Origin: a virus
Taxonomy: Duplodnaviria; Caudoviricetes
Length of the DNA: 54,136 nucleotides
IMG/VR virus record: IMGVR_UViG_3300006853_000020
Location: 1 to 54,136 of that record
Strand: one strand, 5' to 3'
The notes under the pieces are model-generated. The model saw only the letters and a program-made list of their open reading frames with translations. It was not told the origin of the DNA and made no database searches. A program made the translations under genes and the position numbers. Every line of letters begins with the position of its first letter. Position 1 is the stretch's first letter. This document shows, piece after piece, positions 48,105-54,136 of the stretch.

Positions 48105-48995
48105 TCATGACCTATCCTTTGGTGGTTGAGGCTGGGCATGGGGAGCCTCTTTGGGTGAAAGCGTAAGCGTCAAATGCCCATCATCAATATCCCACAAGGC
48201 CTCTAATGGAATCGTAGAGGTCACTCGGAGTGATTTCAGCTTGTCTGCAATAGGTGGGTTGATGAACTCACTTGGCCCCATCGGACTACGCCAGCAGAAT
48301 GGATTTTTGGTGTCTGTCGCTCGCTGTTCGAGTTTCGGCTTTACCTCAACCCCAGCAGGCATGAAATGAGTCACACCATCAAACGCCCTGCACCGTGCAG
48401 ATTCAAACATCGCCCACGCCTCATTCATCGTGGGGGCCGAGACCGTCACGGTGACATCGTTGCGTGTCATGGTGAGGCTGTAGGTGTTGTTGATCGACGT
48501 GCCTGTTGGGAGGGTGTAGGAGCTGCCGGTGGGGTGCTTGTTGACTAACGCTTTATCCCTTTCGCTTTGCTTGTCCAGCATCTCAAGAAGATCTTCATTG
48601 GGGCCTGCTCGATATTGCTTCTTCATCTCCTTCGCCACTTTCTCGGAAGTGACAGGATCATCAACTTCCGGGCTGCACAGAACCTGTGCGTTGGTTAAAG
48701 GATGAATAGAGCCCTTACTCATTTCCTCCATCCCAGGCACGGCCCTAAGATGAGCAGTCGCATCATCCCAGTTCGAGGCAACCTTTAGGTACTCTTCCTT
48801 AGCTCTTTGGGTATTGGCGGCTTGTAGTTCCCACTGCTTTGCCTGATCCTGCCGTCGCTGCTCTTCCGCCGCTGGTGATGATGGATCGTGCTTCATGAAT
48901 GTTTCAATCGCTACTATTGGGACGAAATCACTAATGCCCCGGATAATTTCAGGCTGATCAACTACCACCACCGTCGCCTTGTCCGCTTCCATCAC
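48105..48995 (-). CDS. Hypothetical protein inserted between portal and minor head genes
   Basis: 296-aa ORF with AAGGAG RBS. Confidence 0.55.
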   Translation of the reverse strand: MMEADKATVVVVDQPEIIRGISDFVPIVAIETFMKHDPSSPAAEEQRRQDQAKQWELQAANTQRAKEEYLKVASNWDDATAHLRAVPGMEEMSKGSIHPLTNAQVLCSPEVDDPVTSEKVAKEMKKQYRAGPNEDLLEMLDKQSERDKALVNKHPTGSSYTLPTGTSINNTYSLTMTRNDVTVTVSAPTMNEAWAMFESARCRAFDGVTHFMPAGVEVKPKLEQRATDTKNPFCWRSPMGPSEFINPPIADKLKSLRVTSTIPLEALWDIDDGHLTLTLSPKEAPHAQPQPPKDRS

Positions 48996-49232
48996 GGTTG
49001 CTCCTTGAAAATCGTCTTACCCAGTTCACCCTTCAACTCATCTATGATGGCAGAGTCCGTGATACGTTCGTTTGAGTACCTGTTAATCTCCTCTTGGACC
49101 TTGCAAAGTGCTGCTTGCAAGTTCTGTGGAATATACAGGTCAACGCCGCAGAATCGCATCTGTGAGATGATCGAATTTATCGAGTGGAGATATCCGAAAG
49201 TGGCCACATCGCGTATTAAGGTGGTCGCACGA

Positions 49233-50768
49233 TCACTTGTTTTGTCTGCCATCTTTGCCACCATTGCCGTTGCCCTCTTCATCACCCATTGTATCCACCC
49301 CCGGCATCTGATCCATCGCAAACTGGGGGTCATCTGCTTGGGCCTGGCGTTTGTTGGCCAACTCGTCGTCATAATCAAGCATGGCCTGAGCGCTGTAAGT
49401 CTGTGGGCTGAGGATGTTGTTGCGGAACCGAATGTCTCGAATCTGTTCCGCCGCCAGTTCATCGTTGATGACACAATCGGGTAGTGTCACATCAACGTCG
49501 CAGTACTCCAGGAAGTCGATTGGCAACAGCCCTTGAGCCATGCGGACCTGGATAACCCACAGCATGCAATCACGCCAGAAGTCGGCAAATTCGGCTTGAT
49601 TCGAGCGAATGGCAATCACGAACGGAGCGCCTGCAACCATAATGCTGGCGTAGTTGTTGTTGGAAGCATCACCGGAAGCGATGTTCTCAGGCATGTCCCA
49701 GCGGTTGGCGATGCAGAGCCTGACCAACAGGCCGACAGCCTCGATGGTCTCCAGGGTGTTGCCCTGGGGCATTGTTACGACACTGACGGTATCAGGGACA
49801 TCAGCTACCGTGCCATCGTTGGGAACAAACAGCTTTTCTTCTCGACCCGTGCGGGGATCGTAGAACGTGCCTGTAGCGGCTGCATCACGGAATCCCTTGG
49901 GCCCACCGGGCAGTGCATCTTTGTGATTTCGGAAGTAGGCAATCTTGGCTCTGGCAATCGTCCCGGCGCCCATCGCGTCCAGGATACGGTCGATCTTGTC
50001 CAGATCGTCGGCATTGGAAAAGAAGTCACTCACCCCGCGGGCAACAGACTGCACCACGTTCCGCTTGAGGTGGATGATCTGCGAGGCGGGTACAAACTGG
50101 CCATAGGGATCGGGATTGCCAGGCACACCCAGCATCCAGTTGATGTTGTAACCCAGCACCTTACAGGTATCGCCCAGCTTGTGCTGTACACCCAAGCGCC
50201 AGCCATGCAGTTCCGTCATTCCAGGTGGGTTGCACAACTGCTCTGGCTCTGGCCGACGGATAGTGGGCTCGCCCTCGTCATCACGTCCTTTGTGCCCCAT
50301 AATCTCACCGTCAACGATGGCGCAGCGAACATGCTCTTTCTCAGCACGTCGCCACTTGTTGACCTTCCGCCATTCGTCGATGATGTCCTGTGCATCGGTC
50401 AAATAGCTCTTCGGTGCCTTGATGTTCTTCGACTTGGGCACGATCTTGTAATTAGCCCCTGTCTGGAGCACAAACGAAACCAGCTTATTCACAGCCCCTT
50501 GAGCGATAGGATTGCTGGCATCGAGATAGCGGGCCAGATCGACCTGACGGAGGAGGTCGTACTCGGATAGGTTCGTGTAGAGATTCTTACCTTGAACCCT
50601 AGATTGCCTTGTGCCGATGATTTCAGCAGGCCTCCAGCCGCCACCGTAGTCGTGCCTGAGCGCCTTATAGGCAAACTCCCAGTCAGGAGCGTTGTAGGCT
50701 TCCTGGAGAGCCGTGGAGGCAGAGCCTGGGGGCATGAATGCCAGATCGGTTTGGGTGGCAAGTCTCAT
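49233..50768 (-). CDS. Portal protein (lambda-like)
   Basis: AR.L...NP.A.GA, DGE, IIHLK.....RGVS, GDASNNNYAS; follows TerL. Confidence 0.88.
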   Translation of the reverse strand: MRLATQTDLAFMPPGSASTALQEAYNAPDWEFAYKALRHDYGGGWRPAEIIGTRQSRVQGKNLYTNLSEYDLLRQVDLARYLDASNPIAQGAVNKLVSFVLQTGANYKIVPKSKNIKAPKSYLTDAQDIIDEWRKVNKWRRAEKEHVRCAIVDGEIMGHKGRDDEGEPTIRRPEPEQLCNPPGMTELHGWRLGVQHKLGDTCKVLGYNINWMLGVPGNPDPYGQFVPASQIIHLKRNVVQSVARGVSDFFSNADDLDKIDRILDAMGAGTIARAKIAYFRNHKDALPGGPKGFRDAAATGTFYDPRTGREEKLFVPNDGTVADVPDTVSVVTMPQGNTLETIEAVGLLVRLCIANRWDMPENIASGDASNNNYASIMVAGAPFVIAIRSNQAEFADFWRDCMLWVIQVRMAQGLLPIDFLEYCDVDVTLPDCVINDELAAEQIRDIRFRNNILSPQTYSAQAMLDYDDELANKRQAQADDPQFAMDQMPGVDTMGDEEGNGNGGKDGRQNK

Positions 50769-50774
50769 GCATTT

Positions 50775-50792
50775 AGGCTAGCATCGGTATCA
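50775..50792 (-). promoter_or_regulatory. Late element TGATACCGATGC-TAGCCT (portal)
   Basis: Motif copy; ATG at 50768 exactly 6 nt downstream. Confidence 0.82.
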
Positions 50793-50797
50793 GAGCA

Positions 50798-52408
50798 TCA
50801 CTTCTTGTTTACGTAACGGTAGGCAGTTTCCCGGGCCATAGCCAGCGCGTCCGGCCCATCGTCATGTTGCCCTGGTGCTGGCACTATGCGGAACTTCTTC
50901 AACTGGTCAATCAATAACGCCGTACCCTCGCTGTTCCGCTTAAACTTAATCCGCCTGGTCACCAGTAGGTCAGTCAGATCCAAGATACGCACAGCCTTCT
51001 TGATGCGATTCTCGAGAGGAATAATCGGCAATCGCATGTGAATACTTTTAGCCTTAGCCGACTCAGCAAGCGGGAACTCCAGCAACTGCTGAAATCCGTT
51101 CACCTCAAGTCCGATAGCGTGGGCAGTCCACTCGCTCTGCAGGTACACGAGGTAGTCGCACCAGATTTTAGTGTCCATTTTCTTAAGGAACGCTTCAACG
51201 TACACCACTTCGTTCCGGTCTTCGGCCCATCTGACGATTGCCTGATAATCCCCTTCCTTGGTATCAATACCCTTGGATGGGTCGCAACCCATGACTCGAA
51301 TCGTGGTGTCAACCGGCCATTCATCGAACCAGAATGTGTCGTCATACTCGAAATAGCTGATGTTGAATTCGGCGTTACTAGGAGGCATTGGATCGCCCTG
51401 ATGCTCGCTGGCAAACGCTCTTTCACCTTGGCTGAACCTCTTCAGCATCAACTCATAAAGCGGAACACGGTCAGGCCAGAGCACCTTGGCACCGTAATCC
51501 ATCCCACCTTCACCCGACTGATGCTGCAGATACCATTGCTCTGCCTTCTCGATTTTCTGCGGATCGTCATGCCGCCAAAGTAGTTCTTTCCACTGCTGCC
51601 ATAGGTGCATGTTGGTTGGTTCTGAAATCAGCGACTTATAGACCTTGTGGCTCCAGGTCGGCAAAGTCTTCTTCACCTGCAGAACCAGGCAGCCATCGAC
51701 CAAAGCCGTGCCGACCATGATGTAGTTTGTCTCAGGCCCGCCAGCATTAAGCACATCGGACTTGAGCCATTCTTCATCCTTCTCCAGGAGAGCCGGGCTG
51801 GTTGCGTCTTCTGAGTTCTGTGGATCATCAATAATGATCAAATCAGGCCGATAGTGCCGATGCCTTCGCCCACGTATCTTTCCCTTACCGTAGCACAGTG
51901 CCTCAATGCGAGTACCGTTGCTCAGTTCGATGGCTTCAGCTCGCCAGGGTAGTGCTGGCATGCAACTGGGGAAGTCTGCTTGCAACTCCAAGTTGTGCTC
52001 AAATTCATCGCTGATGTGCTGCAAAAACAGATTGGCATTAGGCTGTGTATCGCCCAGCAGAATGATGTACTTTTTCTTTTGGTATACCGTCTTCCAGATG
52101 GGATAAATCAGTGTTGTCCAAGTACTTTTGGCTGATCCACGTGGAGCTATTCGGCATATGCTTTCGCCGTCTGGCAATGCCTGCAAGTCACCCACAAGTT
52201 CCTCATGGAACTCGGGCATGGCGTGAGTGAAATGATGCTTGAAATACTTCAGCCCGAAGTCGAGGAGTGGTATTGCTTCTACGGGCTCAGACTCAACCAG
52301 GTCTTCAATTAACTGAAGCTCTTCTTCGTTCCAGTATTTGCTTGAGGCCAGCAGCTCCTCGAGATCTTCGTTCGTCAGTACTGAGGGGTTCTTGCTTAAC
52401 GTCTCCAT
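50798..52408 (-). CDS. terL: Terminase large subunit
   Basis: APRGSAKST, RG.R...RPDLIIIDDP, VGT, nuclease GCDPS and HDDGPDAL. Confidence 0.95.
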   Translation of the reverse strand: METLSKNPSVLTNEDLEELLASSKYWNEEELQLIEDLVESEPVEAIPLLDFGLKYFKHHFTHAMPEFHEELVGDLQALPDGESICRIAPRGSAKSTWTTLIYPIWKTVYQKKKYIILLGDTQPNANLFLQHISDEFEHNLELQADFPSCMPALPWRAEAIELSNGTRIEALCYGKGKIRGRRHRHYRPDLIIIDDPQNSEDATSPALLEKDEEWLKSDVLNAGGPETNYIMVGTALVDGCLVLQVKKTLPTWSHKVYKSLISEPTNMHLWQQWKELLWRHDDPQKIEKAEQWYLQHQSGEGGMDYGAKVLWPDRVPLYELMLKRFSQGERAFASEHQGDPMPPSNAEFNISYFEYDDTFWFDEWPVDTTIRVMGCDPSKGIDTKEGDYQAIVRWAEDRNEVVYVEAFLKKMDTKIWCDYLVYLQSEWTAHAIGLEVNGFQQLLEFPLAESAKAKSIHMRLPIIPLENRIKKAVRILDLTDLLVTRRIKFKRNSEGTALLIDQLKKFRIVPAPGQHDDGPDALAMARETAYRYVNKK

Positions 52409-52868
52409 CGAGCATCCCCATGTGCTTCATCAAGAGTTCGATGGCTCGCACCTTATCCCACAGCTTTAATTCAGTGGTCACTTCGTCGGTGCTGTTACCG
52501 TCTTTATCCGTCCATCGAGTTCTTTTGATCTTGACCGACTGAACAGCTTTAGAAGCTCGCCTGCCCGAGAGAGGAATTAGTCTACCTGTTGCCTCGTTCA
52601 CCTCGTAGTCGAGGATGTCGCTAAGGGCAACCAAGGCCAACTCTTGAATCACTCGATCCTGAGTGATCTCAACACGCTTTAATCGTTTTTTGAATTCTTT
52701 ACGAATTGCCCGCTTGATGTTAGCTTTTGTTAGCAGACGTGAAGCGGTTACTTTTATCGCCTCATCGGTGTTGCCGAAACCTGCACGTTTAGCAGCCCTG
52801 GTTGCATTCAGGTCAACCAGATACTCATTGACGAACAGTTCCCACTCGGGTTTAAGCGTCTCTGCCAT
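52305..52868 (-). CDS. terS: Terminase small subunit
   Basis: FVNEYLVDLNATRAA.RAG...ASRLL; KLWDKV.A.ELL.KH.GM. Confidence 0.92.
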   Translation of the reverse strand: MAETLKPEWELFVNEYLVDLNATRAAKRAGFGNTDEAIKVTASRLLTKANIKRAIRKEFKKRLKRVEITQDRVIQELALVALSDILDYEVNEATGRLIPLSGRRASKAVQSVKIKRTRWTDKDGNSTDEVTTELKLWDKVRAIELLMKHMGMLDGDVKQEPLSTDERRSRGAAGLKQILERRRASVN

Positions 52869-52908
52869 AATCCCATGCTACCACATACCGCTTCATCTCA
52901 ACAAACCA

Positions 52909-52926
52909 AGTCTACCATCGGTATCA
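52909..52926 (-). promoter_or_regulatory. Late element TGATACCGATGG-TAGACT (terminase)
   Basis: Motif copy 40 nt upstream of terS; a second TG-G-TAGCAT lies 6 nt before the terS ATG. Confidence 0.8.
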
Positions 52927-53885
52927 CGACAGCGGAAAAAGCTGTTTGGCCTTGCAATTGGCGCGTCAATAACGGTATCGTCTTTCACTTAGGACTTGGT
53001 CTCAACTCCTATCACCTCACTCGCAGTCGCAGTCTGCTTGGCGGCTTGCCAGCTGCTCCATTCCTTGGCAACCTCGTCATAGATTGCCTTTTGTTCTGTT
53101 GTCATGTGAACGTAGCCACAGTTGCGGAAGCCGCAATGAATTTGGCAGTGTCTTATCACCTCCTCCAACTGCTGGACGCGGGCTAGTGCGGATTCGGCCT
53201 GGGCGAGGTCGGAAAACACCTCTTTGAAAACCGTCCTGTCATGCTCGTATTTTGGCATGCACGATTCGTAAATCACGTGTCTTTCACGTGCATCGGTCTT
53301 CGGCGTGTACGGTGTCATGTCTTCTCTCCTGTGGCCAGTGCCTGTGCAGCCTTCTCAAGCCTTCTCTGAATTTGCATTAGTCGAATAATTGGCTCATCGT
53401 CGTTTCCGCGTGCCCAATGGCCGTGTAGACACATCCACAGAGTTTCAGCCTGTCTCTTTGTTAGCTTGATGGCTACATGTTTGCCAAAATCAGGCATAAC
53501 ACGGCTGAACTTCATGTCTTCTCTCCTGGTGGAAGCGGGCGAAGGGAGGAAAGGGGAACGATAGCGGAATGTACAGGCCCACTGCGATCCTGAAGCCTCA
53601 GAGACACATCTACTTCTTCACCACGCCGATACCAGTCGAATACCACCGCCTCCACGAGCACCTTCTCCCCGGCTACTGGCACCCATTGCACAGGCTCGCT
53701 GGGGCCGGAGATGGGGCGAAAGGATGAAGATGGAAATCCGATGGAGTAGCCATCGCACGGCTTAATCCAATACAGCCCAAATTCGTCAACATCACGAATT
53801 GGATATTGGCTACCAATGCACTCTTTGCCCCATCCATGATTGTTTGGAGCAATCACCTCTACCATACTACCCACCTTCAACTGGC

Positions 53886-54101
53886 TCATGGCTGCACCTG
53901 GCTTTCGGTTGGTGGTGGAGGAAGGGGCATCCAGTGTGTCCAATGATTTGGAACATATGGTGTCCAGTGCTGGCCGTTCCATTGTGCAAGATGGTAGTAA
54001 TCTCGTTTGTTCGCCCAGCCTGGAATCTTGCCAATAGCTGAACAGAGCATGACTCTCATTCCATCCTTCGGAGCAGTTTCAATCGGTTGCCATTCCATCA
54101 T
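53886..54101 (-). CDS. DUF551-like small phage protein
   Basis: MEWQPIETAPKDG...THWMPLPPPP. Confidence 0.8.
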   Translation of the reverse strand: MMEWQPIETAPKDGMRVMLCSAIGKIPGWANKRDYYHLAQWNGQHWTPYVPNHWTHWMPLPPPPTESQVQP

Positions 54102-54136
54102 CTACCCCTCCCCGTTGTTCCCCGCAGCGGATGGCT

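Larger units (their letters stand above)
1..54136. mobile_element. Temperate tailed phage genome, near complete and circularly permuted; probable Planctomycetota host
   Basis: Contains terminase, portal, protease, capsid, tail, integrase, repressor and replication genes; small early-type ORFs at both ends share the same (-) orientation. Confidence 0.93.

Noticed and set aside
49533-50570. 345-aa + strand ORF
   Set aside because: Antisense shadow of the portal gene with no recognisable motifs
52305-52408. 104-nt terS/terL overlap as a programmed fusion
   Set aside because: Such overlaps are common in phages and no slippery site was seen
25850-52926. Dispersed CATCGGTATCA repeat as a CRISPR repeat or transposon end
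   Set aside because: Copies are kilobases apart, all on one strand and fixed relative to start codons; no spacers, cas or transposase genes
1-54136. tRNA genes, diversity-generating retroelement, introns or inteins
   Set aside because: No cloverleaf, reverse transcriptase, TR/VR pair or splice-junction motifs recognised by eye; a covariance and HMM scan would be needed to exclude them

Overview
This window is most likely a near-complete, circularly permuted genome of a temperate tailed dsDNA phage. The left end runs on naturally into the right end, and the first 22 G's look like a sequencing artefact. The host is probably a Planctomycetota member; this is inferred from the CsrA paralog, the zinc-ribbon membrane protein, the integrase/wHTH types and the papain-type lysis region. 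Modules in order: (1) a leftward early operon (~0.5-12.9 kb) with J-domain protein, RusA, metallopeptidase, helicase loader, replication initiator with internal iterons, a C5 DNA methyltransferase split over two overlapping frames, a Sak4-like ATPase, a RecE-like nuclease and a CsrA homolog; (2) an immunity/integration region (~12.9-16.7 kb); (3) a leftward accessory operon with an MT-A70 methyltransferase, followed by a repeat-rich attP-like region (16.6-19.6 kb); (4) an atypical lysis/envelope region with no recognisable peptidoglycan hydrolase, containing a small 2-TM protein, a TM-coiled-coil-PAS protein, a CAP protein, a papain-like protease and a frameshifted Tad1 homolog (19.6-25.8 kb); (5) a glycosyltransferase / radical SAM / FkbM cassette coupled to the distal tail genes; (6) tail, head and packaging genes (29-52.9 kb). 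The strongest sequence-level discovery is a layered promoter code. Seven near-identical TGATACCGATG-N-TAnnnT late elements occur, five of them exactly 6 nt before an ATG (leaderless geometry), plus a degenerate eighth pointing antisense into the repressor. A second element of four 11-bp-phased boxes sits 20 nt before an extended -10 upstream of both excisionase-like genes. All protein calls are from motif recognition by eye; no searches were run.
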